Source: Bacillota bacterium
GTDB taxonomy: Bacteria; Bacillota; SHA-98; UBA4971
Length of the DNA stretch: 64,000 nucleotides
Assembly: GCA_024653485.1 (NCBI GenBank)
Contig: JANLFY010000001.1
Location: forward strand, 166,160-230,159
Direction of reading: 5' to 3'
Position numbers and translations under genes: made by a program. This document shows positions 28,452 through 39,200 of this stretch, in pieces (position 1 is the stretch's first letter; every line of letters begins with the position of its first letter). The notes under the pieces were generated by a model. The model made no database searches. It worked only from the letters and a program-made list of their open reading frames with translations, and was not told the DNA's origin.

Positions 28452-30379
28452 GCCAGGCGGAGATCGAAGACATCCTGATGAAGTACGACAGGGAGTCCGC
28501 GTATCGGAGGATTCCTGGGCTGTACTCCGTTGTCATCAGCGTCATTGCCATCGCCTTCTCACTCTTTCAGCTGTACACCGCGGCGTTCGGCGTGCTGCCG
28601 GCTCAGATACAACGGGCAGTCCACCTGGGTTTCGGAGTCCTCCTCGCGTTCCTGCTCTATCCCGCGTCGAAAAGAGGTATCCGCAAACTGGCGTGGTACG
28701 ACGTGGTGTTGGCAGTGATCGGTGCGTTCGTGATGAGCTATCTCGTTTGGAACTTCAAGGAGCTCCTGGTTCGCGCGGGAGCGTACACCACCTTTGACAT
28801 AGTCATCGGCGCGATCGGCATCCTGTTGGTGCTGGAAGCCACCAGGCGCGTCGTGGGGATTCCCATCTTGGTTGTGGTGTGCTGTTTCCTTGCGTACGCC
28901 TACTTCGGGCGATACGTGCCGGGGTTCTTCCAACATCGCGGCGCCTCGATCACGAGGCTCGTCGGACACATGTTCTTCACGACCGAGGGAATGTTCGGCA
29001 TCCCACTAGGTGTGTCGTCCACCTTCATATTCCTGTTCATCCTGTTTGGTGCGTTCCTCGAGAAGACAGGGATAGGTCAGTTCTTCATCGACATCGCCAA
29101 CTCCGTGGCGGGCCACGCCGCCGGTGGCCCGGCCAAAGTGGCGGTGATAACGAGCGCGCTGGAGGGCACGGTTTCCGGAAGCTCCGTCGCGAATACCGTG
29201 GGCTCCGGCAGCTTCACGATCCCCATGATGAAGAGGCTCGGCTACAGACCGGAGTTTGCGGGGGCGGTAGAGGCGTCGGCGTCTACTGGAGGGCAGATCA
29301 TGCCCCCGATCATGGGAGCGGCTGCGTTCCTCATGGCTGAGTTCATCGGCGTGCCATATCTCCAGGTGGCGAAATCCGCGATCATCCCCGCCATCCTCTA
29401 TTTCACGGGCGTGTTCATCGTGGTCCATCTCGAGGCGAAGAAGACCGGGCTGCGCGGGCTGCCGCGAGAGCGCCTGCCGCGGTTTTGGGCCATCATGCGT
29501 GAGCGGGGCCAGCTTTTCCTCCCGTTGGTCGCCATCATATACCTTCTCGTTGAGGGAAGCACGCCCATGAAGGCCGCGCTATGGGGCCTTGTGGTTGCCG
29601 TCTTGGCCAGCTGCATTTCCAGGGCGACCAGGATGAAACCTGCTGACATCTTGGCCGCACTCGAGCAAGGCGCCCGCAACGCCCTCGGTGTCGTGATAGC
29701 GTGCGCTGCGGCGGGCATGATAGTGGGAACGGTGACTCTGACAGGCCTCGGCCTGAAGCTGGCGAACGGGCTCATCCTGCTGGCTCGTGGACAGCTTCTT
29801 CCAACCCTTTTCTTCACCATGGTGACGTCGCTGGTACTCGGGATGGGAGCACCAACGACGGCCAACTACGTCATCACGTCAACTATAGCAGCGCCCGCAC
29901 TCCTGAAACTGGGTGTCCCCGTCATGGCGGCTCACATGTTTGCGTTCTACTTCGGCATCGTGGCCGACGTGACGCCGCCCGTGGCTCTCGCTGCATTCGC
30001 GGGGTCGGGGATAGCCAAGTCGAATCCGATCAAGACGGGGATCGAGGCGACTAAGCTCTCAATAGCCGCTTTCCTTATCCCGTACTTCTTCGTATACGCT
30101 CCCTCGCTTCTCCTCGTGGGCACCATGTCTTGGCTCGACACGCTGAGAGTCGTCGCGGGAGCCGTGGTCGGCATGATAGCAGTGGGAGCGGCCGTTGAGG
30201 GGTGGCTGTTGACATCCACGCGCAACGTCGAGAGGCCGGTCCTATTTGTCGCAGGGCTTCTGCTCATCCATCCTCACATCTCCACGGATCTCCTAGGCAT
30301 ATTGCTGATAGGCGTCGTCTGGTTGGCTCAAATGGCGAGGCTGCGTCGTAGAGGCGTGTCCCGAGGAGTCACCGCGTGA
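28361..30379 (+). CDS. TRAP transporter fused 4TM/12TM permease
   Basis: GGPAKVAV, SGSSVAN, ASTGGQIMPP, DVTPPV. Confidence 0.94.
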   Translation: MLVDQRADDVQRDIISSPGDVSNRVETESVSQAEIEDILMKYDRESAYRRIPGLYSVVISVIAIAFSLFQLYTAAFGVLPAQIQRAVHLGFGVLLAFLLYPASKRGIRKLAWYDVVLAVIGAFVMSYLVWNFKELLVRAGAYTTFDIVIGAIGILLVLEATRRVVGIPILVVVCCFLAYAYFGRYVPGFFQHRGASITRLVGHMFFTTEGMFGIPLGVSSTFIFLFILFGAFLEKTGIGQFFIDIANSVAGHAAGGPAKVAVITSALEGTVSGSSVANTVGSGSFTIPMMKRLGYRPEFAGAVEASASTGGQIMPPIMGAAAFLMAEFIGVPYLQVAKSAIIPAILYFTGVFIVVHLEAKKTGLRGLPRERLPRFWAIMRERGQLFLPLVAIIYLLVEGSTPMKAALWGLVVAVLASCISRATRMKPADILAALEQGARNALGVVIACAAAGMIVGTVTLTGLGLKLANGLILLARGQLLPTLFFTMVTSLVLGMGAPTTANYVITSTIAAPALLKLGVPVMAAHMFAFYFGIVADVTPPVALAAFAGSGIAKSNPIKTGIEATKLSIAAFLIPYFFVYAPSLLLVGTMSWLDTLRVVAGAVVGMIAVGAAVEGWLLTSTRNVERPVLFVAGLLLIHPHISTDLLGILLIGVVWLAQMARLRRRGVSRGVTA

Positions 30380-30426
30380 AGACCGCGCACCATGGACACC
30401 AACGGAGGGTGGCGGAGAAGGATTCT

Positions 30427-30828
30427 GTGAACACTGTGTCGAAGGAAAACCGCGCAACGCGGCGAACAATGTTCTTCGGCGGGTACGCGAAGCTGCCCAC
30501 CGGAATCACGGCGGAGGAACTGTACAAGGTGGTGGGGGTGGGCCTGGAGATCGAGCCCGTGACCGGCGAGATAGTTGACGCGGACTGCACCCTCGCTACT
30601 TCGACCGCCAAGAAAGTCTTCAGGCAGCTCGTGACCGGGCGCAGAATCGACGCTGACATGGGAGCCATCGTGGACGACCTGAGGGCGTACTACCATGGTG
30701 CTGCGCAGAGAGCGCTCCTGACGGCTCTCAGGGCCATCCGCGAGAAATACCGGGCGACGTGCCTCGGCCCGGCCAAGCAGCCGGCGGGTGAGGCCGACGG
30801 CGCTACGGGTGAGGGAAACGAAGGCTGA
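30427..30828 (+). CDS. DUF3870-like protein
   Basis: GYAKLPTGITA, GEIVDADCTL; start approximate. Confidence 0.75.
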   Translation: MNTVSKENRATRRTMFFGGYAKLPTGITAEELYKVVGVGLEIEPVTGEIVDADCTLATSTAKKVFRQLVTGRRIDADMGAIVDDLRAYYHGAAQRALLTALRAIREKYRATCLGPAKQPAGEADGATGEGNEG

Positions 30829-31114
30829 TGATAGCCAAACAAGAGTACCGGCAGGGACACGCTTGCAACTACGGCTGGCGTGGAAGTGCCGGTTGCCACC
30901 CTGGCCGCGGCGCGAGGGGGAGTACCCCGGGCCGCAAAGCGGACATGGCCTGGCTTCGAGCGGTCCGGTGAGGACATCGGACCACGCGGGGTCAGGTTTT
31001 GTTTTTATCCGCTGCTGAGGGCGGCTAGCGATCCTGCTGGTTACGGTCGGAGCATCCGGGTCCGCCCAGCGGGCGAGACTAGTGCCGATACGAGAGAAGG
31101 AGGTAGCGGTAAGC

Positions 31115-32452
31115 ATGGGCCGGAAAGAAGATCTTGTTGCCAGGGCGAAGAAGCCCGCGGAGGACGCCCTCAAACTCCACCCGTTCTACCGGGGCAAGAT
31201 CGAGACGGTTCCCAAGTGTGAGATTCGTGACTTTCAGGACTTCGCCGTGTGGTACTCGCCGGGCGTTGCGGCTCCCTGCAAGGAGATCGCTCAGAACAGG
31301 GAGCTCGTTTACTCCTACACGAACAAATGGAACACCGTGGCGGTGGTGTCGGACGGCACGAGGGTCTTGGGATTGGGCGACATCGGGCCTGAAGCTGGCT
31401 TGCCCGTGATGGAGGGCAAGGCTCTGCTCTTCAAGTACCTGGGTGGAGTGGACGCGTTCCCGATATGCCTTGGGACCAAGGACCCTGATGAGATAATATC
31501 CGCGGTGAAGTGGATACAGCCGTCTTTCGGCGGAGTGAACCTGGAGGACATAGAGCAGCCCAAGTGCTTCTATGTGCTCGAGCGGCTGCGCGAAGAAGCG
31601 GAGATTCCCGTATGGCATGACGACCAGCAAGGAACGGCGGCCGTGACCGTCGCGGGCCTTGTAAACGCTCTCAAGCTCGTGGGAAAGGACATCAGCAAGG
31701 TCGATATCGCCATGATAGGGGCGGGTGCCGCCAACATCCGCACGGCGTGGCTCATAATCGCGGCAGGCGCGGACCCGGGGAGAATCGTGATGTGCGATAC
31801 CAAGGGCACCCTCCACAAGGGCCGAACCGAACTTGCGAGGACCCACAAGGAGAAGTGGGAGCTGGCGCAGCGGACCAACGAGCGGTGCGTTGAAGGACAG
31901 ATACCCGACGCCATGCGCGGAGCGGACGTGGTGATCGCCCTCTCGAAGCCTGGCCCCGACGTCATACACCCAGAGTGGGTGAAATCGATGGCGAAGGATC
32001 CCATAGTGTTTGTGTGCGCGAACCCGGTGCCGGAGATGTGGCCATGGGATGCGACGGAAGCTGGGGCAGCCGTCGTGGCAACCGGACGGTCGGACTTCCC
32101 CAATCAGGTTAACAACTCCCTCGGCTTCCCGGCGATCTTCAGGGGCACCCTCGACGTCAGGGCGAAGACCATCACCGACGAGATGTGCCTTGCCGCTGCG
32201 CTGGAGCTCGCAAGGTGCGCGGAGGACAGGGGGCTCTCGCGCGAGTACATCATCCCCACCATGGATGAATGGGAGGTGTACCCCAGAGAGGCGGCCGCCG
32301 TGGGGACGAAAGCCATCGAGCAGGGGGTCGCGCGGATCACCCTGACTTGGGATGAATTGTACAAGAACGCCGAGGCCATGATCTCACGGTCGCGGGAGAC
32401 CGCCAGGCTGCTGATGGAGAAGGGGATCATCCCGAAAGCGGCAAGGGGGTAG
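31115..32452 (+). CDS. NAD(P)-dependent malic enzyme
   Basis: YSPGVA, GLPVMEGK, NLEDI, HDDQQGT, GAGAA, ATGRSDFPNQVNN. Confidence 0.95.
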   Translation: MGRKEDLVARAKKPAEDALKLHPFYRGKIETVPKCEIRDFQDFAVWYSPGVAAPCKEIAQNRELVYSYTNKWNTVAVVSDGTRVLGLGDIGPEAGLPVMEGKALLFKYLGGVDAFPICLGTKDPDEIISAVKWIQPSFGGVNLEDIEQPKCFYVLERLREEAEIPVWHDDQQGTAAVTVAGLVNALKLVGKDISKVDIAMIGAGAANIRTAWLIIAAGADPGRIVMCDTKGTLHKGRTELARTHKEKWELAQRTNERCVEGQIPDAMRGADVVIALSKPGPDVIHPEWVKSMAKDPIVFVCANPVPEMWPWDATEAGAAVVATGRSDFPNQVNNSLGFPAIFRGTLDVRAKTITDEMCLAAALELARCAEDRGLSREYIIPTMDEWEVYPREAAAVGTKAIEQGVARITLTWDELYKNAEAMISRSRETARLLMEKGIIPKAARG

Positions 32453-32601
32453 GCTCGCGGGCGCCGCCAGACGCGCTTGGCGTGACGCACGCTTGCGGAA
32501 ACTAGCATCCTCGTGCCAGCTCGGGAGCGGCTCAGAGCCGGCTTCAAGCTGTCAGCGGTAGAGCTTGGTGCCGGCATCGCCGGGCGAGGGAGAGATCTGC
32601 T

Positions 32602-33000
32602 TTGAGGCTCACGCGCGATGTGATAAGGGGCGATAGCAGACGCAAGCTGCTTGACATCAGCGGGGAGGACGTCGCTGCGTGTTACCAGTGCGGCAAGTGC
32701 TCCGCCGGCTGCGCGATGGGGGCGATGATGGATCTCCTCCCTCACCAGGTGATTAGACTCGTGCAGCTCGGGCAGATTGATGACGCGCTCGCGTCCCGAA
32801 CGATTTGGCTGTGTGCCTCGTGCCTAGCATGTAGTGCGCGGTGTCCGAGGGGCGTGAGCCTGCCGCACGTCATGGAAGCGCTCAGGGTGACGCTCCTGCG
32901 TTCGGGTGGGCGGCATCTCGACCTCTCGCGCCTCCCGTCGGATGTCTTCGAGAACGCTCCGGAGCAAGTTTTCGTGGCCGGTCTCCGGAAGTACACGTGA
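32602..33000 (+). CDS. hdrC: Heterodisulfide reductase subunit C-like
   Basis: CYQCGKCSAGC and WLCASCLACSARCP. Confidence 0.9.
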   Translation: MRLTRDVIRGDSRRKLLDISGEDVAACYQCGKCSAGCAMGAMMDLLPHQVIRLVQLGQIDDALASRTIWLCASCLACSARCPRGVSLPHVMEALRVTLLRSGGRHLDLSRLPSDVFENAPEQVFVAGLRKYT

Positions 33001-33271
33001 CCTGCGTCGCGGCGGCGGGGAGCCTGAGTTGAGCCAGTCGGGCGGTGTTTCCGCCTGGGCTTGGCCTCGGATGCCGCGCAGGCTCGAGCCGAGACCGCCG
33101 ATCGCGGTGAGACGTGGCTTGCCACAGCCGCGCTTGCCACAGCCGCGAATGTGGCTGCACTATGGGCTTTCCTGGCCGGACGCGGGGGCGGGGAGAAAGG
33201 GAGGAGGGTCGCCGCAAGGACGCAGCCCGACGGCGCGACCCCGGGGCGGGCACGACTTGCGGCCAGGCGAG

Positions 33272-34153
33272 ATGGGCTACGTGTATTTTCCAGGATGCAC
33301 GCTGCGGGTAAGGGCCAAAGGCTTCGAGTCGTCGGCTCTCGCTTCAGCGCGTGCGCTCGGCGTTCATCTCGAAGAGCTGCCGAATTGGCAGTGCTGCGGG
33401 GCGACATTTCCGCTGCAGGTGGATAACGCGTTTCCGCTCGTGTCCCCAGCTCGGACCCTTGCGTCCGCCAGAAAGATGGGCGGACGACTCGTGACCCTGT
33501 GCTCCGCCTGTTACAATGTGCTCAAGCGAACGAACCACGTGATGCGTACGGACGCCGACCGCCGCTTCAAGGTGAACGCTTTCATAGAGGAGGATTACGG
33601 TGGAGATGTCGAGGTCGCGCATCTGCTAGAGGTGCTCCGTGATGACGTCGGGTTCGACGAGATTGCGAAGCGCGCGAAGGTGCCCCTCGGCGGCCTCGCG
33701 GCCGCGCCCTACTACGGCTGCCTGCTGTTGAGACCCGCCGACGAGCTCGAATTCGACGACCCGGAGTCGCCCCACATCCTTGAGGATTTCCTCGCCGCTC
33801 TGGGATGCAAGGTCGTTGACCATCCGTACAAGATAGAGTGTTGCGGTAGCTACGTAGCGCTTGAGCCCGGACAGGCCGCTTTGGAGCCGAGCAGGCTTGT
33901 GGTGGAGTCGGCGAAGACAAGGGGCGCCCAGGTCATCGTGACGAGCTGCCCCCTGTGCCAGTACAATCTCGAGGTCTCGCAGGGAAGACCTCACGGCCTG
34001 GCCGGAGCAGGGGTCCCCGTGATCTACTTCACTCAGCTTCTAGCCGTCGCCCTCGGTCTTTCAGAGGATGTCTTGGGCTTTGAGGACCAGATGATCTCTC
34101 CAGGGCCGCTCCTGCGGTCCGTCGGGGCCATGGGAAGTGAGGCTACGGCATGA
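33272..34153 (+). CDS. hdrB: Heterodisulfide reductase subunit B-like (two CCG domains)
   Basis: YFPGC..WQCCGA..CSAC; YYGCLL..ECCGS..CPLCQYNL. Confidence 0.92.
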   Translation: MGYVYFPGCTLRVRAKGFESSALASARALGVHLEELPNWQCCGATFPLQVDNAFPLVSPARTLASARKMGGRLVTLCSACYNVLKRTNHVMRTDADRRFKVNAFIEEDYGGDVEVAHLLEVLRDDVGFDEIAKRAKVPLGGLAAAPYYGCLLLRPADELEFDDPESPHILEDFLAALGCKVVDHPYKIECCGSYVALEPGQAALEPSRLVVESAKTRGAQVIVTSCPLCQYNLEVSQGRPHGLAGAGVPVIYFTQLLAVALGLSEDVLGFEDQMISPGPLLRSVGAMGSEATA

Positions 34154-36096
34154 GGACGGGTGTGTTCGTGTGCTGGTGCGGTCTGAACATCGGCGGAGTC
34201 GTGGACGTGCCGGAGGTCGTCCGGGTAATCTCGAGTTATCCGGGGGTTGCGTGCGCCCTTGACTATCGATACATGTGCTCCGATCCGGGCCAACAGCTCA
34301 TCAAGGACACCATCAGGAGGGAGCGCCTGGACAGCGTGGTCGTTGCGGCGTGTTCGCCGGCTATGCACGAGGCCACGTTCCAGTCGGTGGCGGCAAGCGC
34401 CGGGGTGAATCCGTACAGGTGCGAGATCGCGAACATCCGCGAGCAATGCAGCTGGCCTCATCAAGATGAACCCGGCAAGGCCACGAGCAAGGCCTTGGAG
34501 CTCGTCCGAGCGGCTGTGGAAAAGGCTCGAGGCGACGAAGAGCTCTCGGCTCTATCCGTTCCTCTGACGAGGCGCGCCCTCGTCATAGGGGCGGGGATCG
34601 CCGGAATGCAGGCCGCTCTCGACATCGCAGAGGCGGGCCACGAGGTCGTGCTGGTGGAACGGCAGGCGCACATCGGAGGCCACATGGCTCAGCTTTCGGA
34701 GACGTTCCCGACCCTCGATTGCTCGCAGTGTATACTCACGCCGAAGACATCAGAGGTGGGAAGACACCCTCGGATCAAACTCCTCACGAACAGCGACATC
34801 GAATCGGTCTCAGGGTACGTGGGGAATTTCTCCGTGAAGATCCGCAGGAAGGCGACTTATGTGAACTGGGATGTCTGTACCGGCTGCGGCCTGTGCACGG
34901 AGAAGTGCCCATCCAAGAAGCCGTCCGTCTTCGAGAGAGGTCTTTCCCAGGAGCCCGCCATTGCCATCGCCTTTCCGCAGGCGGTGCCCCACAAGCCTGT
35001 GATCAGCGCCGAAGCGTGCAGGCATTTCACGAAGGGCAAGTGCGGAGTGTGCGAGAGGGCCTGCCCGGCCGGGGCAATCGACTTCGGGCAAAGGGACTCG
35101 CTTGTCGAAGAACAGGTCGGCGCGATCGTGGTTGCTACGGGATATGACCTCCATCCAAAGGCGAAGGTGGGGGAGTACGGTTACGGTGTGTACCCTGATG
35201 TCATCGACGGGCTCGAGTTCGAGCGACTCAACTCCGCGTCCGGTCCCACGCAGGGCGAGATAAGGCGTCCGTCCGACGGCAAGGTTCCTAAAGAAGTGGT
35301 GTTCATTCAGTGCGTGGGATCCCGGGATCAAGAGAACGGGTACCCCTATTGTTCGAAGATATGCTGCATGTACACGGCCAAGCATGCTCGGCTATACAAG
35401 CACAAAGTGCCTGACGGCCAGCCTTACGTGTTCTACATGGACGTGCGCGCAGGCGGTAAGGGTTACGAGGAGTTCGTGCAGCAAGCCATGGACGAGGGCG
35501 TGCTGTACCTGAGAGGCCGGGTGGCGCGGGTGTTCCAGGATGGCGACGGCCTTGCGGTGCTCGGGGTGGACACTCTCTCCGGCAAGAAGGTGGAGGTCCG
35601 CGCGGATATGGTGGTTCTCGCTACGGCCATCGTGCCCTCGAGTGGGGCGAAAGACCTCGCTCAGCTCCTCAAGACCGCCGTGGACCAATTCGGGTTCTTG
35701 TCCGAGGCTCACCCCAAGCTGCGCCCGGTGGAGAGCCTGACGCGCGGCATCTACATCGCGGGGTGCGCCCAGGCGCCGAAGGACATTCCCGACACGGTGA
35801 CTCAAGCGGGTTCCGCGGCAGCGAAGGTGCTCGCGCTCTTCTCCGCAGAGAGGCTCTCCCATTCGCCGACTGTGGCCGCCGTAGATGAGGAACTGTGCAG
35901 CGGGTGCGGGATCTGTGTGAAAGCATGCGCGTACGAGGCCCGAACGCTTGACCCGACACGGCGCGTGGCGACGGTGAATGACGTGCTGTGCGAGGGGTGT
36001 GGCGCCTGCGTCGTGGCGTGCCCGAATGGTGCCACGAGACAGAAGAACATGACGAGATCCCAGGTGTTGTCGATGATCGATGCAGTGATGGGCTAG
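34150..36096 (+). CDS. hdrA: Heterodisulfide reductase subunit A
   Basis: GVFVCWCG, ACSP, NIREQCSW, GAGIAG, FPTLDCSQC, CVGSRD..YCSKICCMY, inserted and C-terminal ferredoxins. Confidence 0.94.
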   Translation: MRTGVFVCWCGLNIGGVVDVPEVVRVISSYPGVACALDYRYMCSDPGQQLIKDTIRRERLDSVVVAACSPAMHEATFQSVAASAGVNPYRCEIANIREQCSWPHQDEPGKATSKALELVRAAVEKARGDEELSALSVPLTRRALVIGAGIAGMQAALDIAEAGHEVVLVERQAHIGGHMAQLSETFPTLDCSQCILTPKTSEVGRHPRIKLLTNSDIESVSGYVGNFSVKIRRKATYVNWDVCTGCGLCTEKCPSKKPSVFERGLSQEPAIAIAFPQAVPHKPVISAEACRHFTKGKCGVCERACPAGAIDFGQRDSLVEEQVGAIVVATGYDLHPKAKVGEYGYGVYPDVIDGLEFERLNSASGPTQGEIRRPSDGKVPKEVVFIQCVGSRDQENGYPYCSKICCMYTAKHARLYKHKVPDGQPYVFYMDVRAGGKGYEEFVQQAMDEGVLYLRGRVARVFQDGDGLAVLGVDTLSGKKVEVRADMVVLATAIVPSSGAKDLAQLLKTAVDQFGFLSEAHPKLRPVESLTRGIYIAGCAQAPKDIPDTVTQAGSAAAKVLALFSAERLSHSPTVAAVDEELCSGCGICVKACAYEARTLDPTRRVATVNDVLCEGCGACVVACPNGATRQKNMTRSQVLSMIDAVMG

Positions 36097-36216
36097 ACCG
36101 CGCACACGAGGAGGCGGAAAGCTGCTCGGAGCGGTCAGAGCGGTCGGATTTGTCCTGCGGGGCTGCCGTCGCGGCTTGCGCGGCAATGGCTATGACGACA
36201 CAGCTTGGGATGAGGT

Positions 36217-39200
36217 GTGATTTTAGGGATGGTGCCAGCTGAAGCGCGTTCGAGAGGGTCCGTGCTGGTAGTCGGAGGCGGCGTGGCTGGGATGCACGCC
36301 TCGCTCATCCTGGCGGAGGCAGGCGTGCATGTGTACCTGGTGGACTCGTCCGCCACGGTGGGCGGGCTCTGGAACCTCCTCGACAAGACATTCCCGACCC
36401 ATAGCTGCGGGATCTGCCACATGTCCACGAAGAACCCGGCCTACTGTCCGGTGATCGAGGTCGCGAGGCATCCCCGTGTCACGCTCATGGTCAACAGCCT
36501 AGTGGAAGAGGTCTTGGGTGACATAGGGGACTTCCGAGTGCGGGTCAGCACTCGCCCGGAATTCGTGAAGAGCGCCCTCTGCGACGGATGCGGCGAGTGC
36601 GAGAGAGCCTGTCCAGTGGAGGTCAGGCTGCCGCGTCACCTCGGACTCGATGACCGCAAGGCGATTGTTCGACCGGGCGGTCGCGCCGTCCTCGGAGGGT
36701 ACGCTGTGGACGAGGAGGCTTGCACAAGGTGTGGGGAGTGCGCCAGGGCGTGTCCCAGGGGCGCCATAAACCTTGCTGCCGAGGGAACCGAGACCACTCT
36801 TGCGGTTGGAGCCATCATCGTGTGTTCCGGAGCTGCCATGTGTGATCCCAGCGTACGTCCGGAATACATGTACGGTTTGTCGAAGAATGTCATGACTGGC
36901 TTGGAGTTCGAGAGGGTCTCGGCAGCCGCTCTCCTGAGCAATGAGGGTCTCCTCAGACCGGGCGATGGGGCGAGGCCCGACAGGATCGCCTTCATCCAGT
37001 GCGTGGGCTCGCGTGACAGGTCGAGGGCGAGCCCGTACTGCTCTTCGGTTTGTTGCATGTACGCCGTCAAAGAGGCGATCATTGCGAAGACGCTGGTGCC
37101 CGAGGCGTCGGTGAAGGTTTTCTATACGGATGTGAGGGCTCTTGGCAAGGGGTACGAGGAGTACTACGTCCGCGCAAAGGCCCTCGGCGTCGAGTTTGAG
37201 AACTGCAGGGTGTCTAGCGTCGAGGACAACGAAGGCGCTCTCGAGGTGCGCGCGGAGTCCGGCGGTGTGGTAAGGCGCGATAGCTTTGACCTCGTGGTGC
37301 TTTCGAACGGCTTTGTACCCGCAGGGAGCCTCATCAGCATCGGAGCCGTGCTCGGGCTCGAGCGGGACGAGTTCGGGTTCGTGAGGCCGCTATCTCAAGG
37401 GCGCTCACGGGTGACGACGTCCCGACCAGGGGTGTACGTTTGCGGAGGGGCGGCCGGGCCCCAGGACATCCCCACGTCAGTCCTGTGGTCGGGAGCGTGC
37501 GCGCTCCAGGCGCTTAGGGCGGTTGGACCCGAGGCTGACTGGGATGAGTGGCCCGCGCTCCGACTCGACGCGGGAGAGCAGACAGATCGACCGGGCGGGG
37601 GGAGGGCCGCGGACCTGGGTTCAGAGGCCACGGTGCAGAACCAGGTTTCGACTGCGACACAGGTGGCGCCGGCGTCCGCGGCTGGTGAGACGCGAGTCGG
37701 GGTGTTCGTTTGCGAGTGCGAGGCGTCCTTGGGGAGCGTAGACCCCGCGCGCCTCGTCCATGTGTTGTCGGGAGAGCCGATGCCTGACGTGGTCGTGGTG
37801 AAAGGGATTCCTCCCGTGTGCAAGCGAGAAGGCGTGGAAGCTCTGGCGAGGGAAGCTGCGTCCCACCGGGTCAACCGCGTGGTAGTAGCCGCATGCTCGC
37901 CTAGGCGGGTCCAGGACCTCATAGGTGGCAGGCTCTCGCAAGCCGGCGTGGAGCACGGGATGGTCGAGGTAGCGAACATCCGCGAGCAGTGCGGGTGGGT
38001 GCACGACCACCCTGGCAAGGCTGAGCGAAAGGCGCGCGATCTCGTGGCGATGGCAGTTGCCAGCGTTCGGATGGCAACTGTGCTCGTGGAACGAGCCAGA
38101 CCGGTGCCGGCGGGGGCGGTGGTGATCGGCGGAGGGCCGGCCGGGATGCACGCTGCTGCTTGCCTTGCCGACCTGGGCCACCACGTTCACCTTGTGGAGA
38201 AGGACGAGATTCTCGGGGGCAGGGCTCGGGCCTTAGCCCGGACGCTTGACGGGACAGACGTTCGAGAGCTCCTCGAGAAACTCGAGGAGCGTGTCCGCTC
38301 CGACAACCGCATCACCGTTCACACGTCATCGCGGGTCGCGTCGGTTCACAGGCGAGATGGAGGGTTCAGTGTGTCCATCGTCCGCAACCGCGACTCGGGT
38401 GGTGCGGAGCCTGAAAGGCTTGCAGACGACCTTCGCTGCACCGGTGAAGGCAGCGGCTTTCGAGGCGGTCGAGGCGGTTGCGCGGAAGAGGGCGGAGCGG
38501 CGATCGCGTGCGGCGCGGTGGTCGTGGCCACAGGGGGGCGCGAGGCCCCTGGCCCTGCGAGCCTTCCGCCTCCCGACGGCGCGCGCGTCTTGACCCAAAC
38601 GGAGCTCGAGGCCCGTCTCTGGCCTTCGTTGGATATCCCGGGCGCGATCCGGAGCGTTGTGATGATACAATGCGCGGGATCTCGCGATGAAACGAGGCCG
38701 TACTGCAGCCAGGTTTGTTGCTCTCAGGCCATCAAGAACGCTATCAGGCTCAAGGAGGAGCGCCCGGATGTCGAGGTTTACGTGTTGCATCGCGATGTCC
38801 GGGTGCCGGGTGCGTGGGAGGCTTTCTATGAACGGGCGCGCGAGATGGGAGTGGTGTTCGTAAGGCACCATGACGACGCCCCGCCCAGGGTGGTCAATGA
38901 TGGCGACGAGCCGGGCGGCAGCGCCCTCGCCGTCGAAGTCCTCGACGACATCCTGGGAGAGACCATCATCATTCCTGCGGACCTCGTAGTCCTGTCAACG
39001 GGGGCGGTGGGCGCGGCCGACCGCGATCTCGCGATGGCCCTCGGGGTGCCGGTCGATGGCCACGGTTTCCTGACCGAGGCCAACGTCAAGGTCCAACCCG
39101 TGGATACATGCGTGCCAGGGGTGTACGTCTGCGGACTTGCGAGGGCACCCGGGTTCTTGAGCGATGCGCTCGTCTCAGCGGAGGCCGCAGCGGCGCGCGC

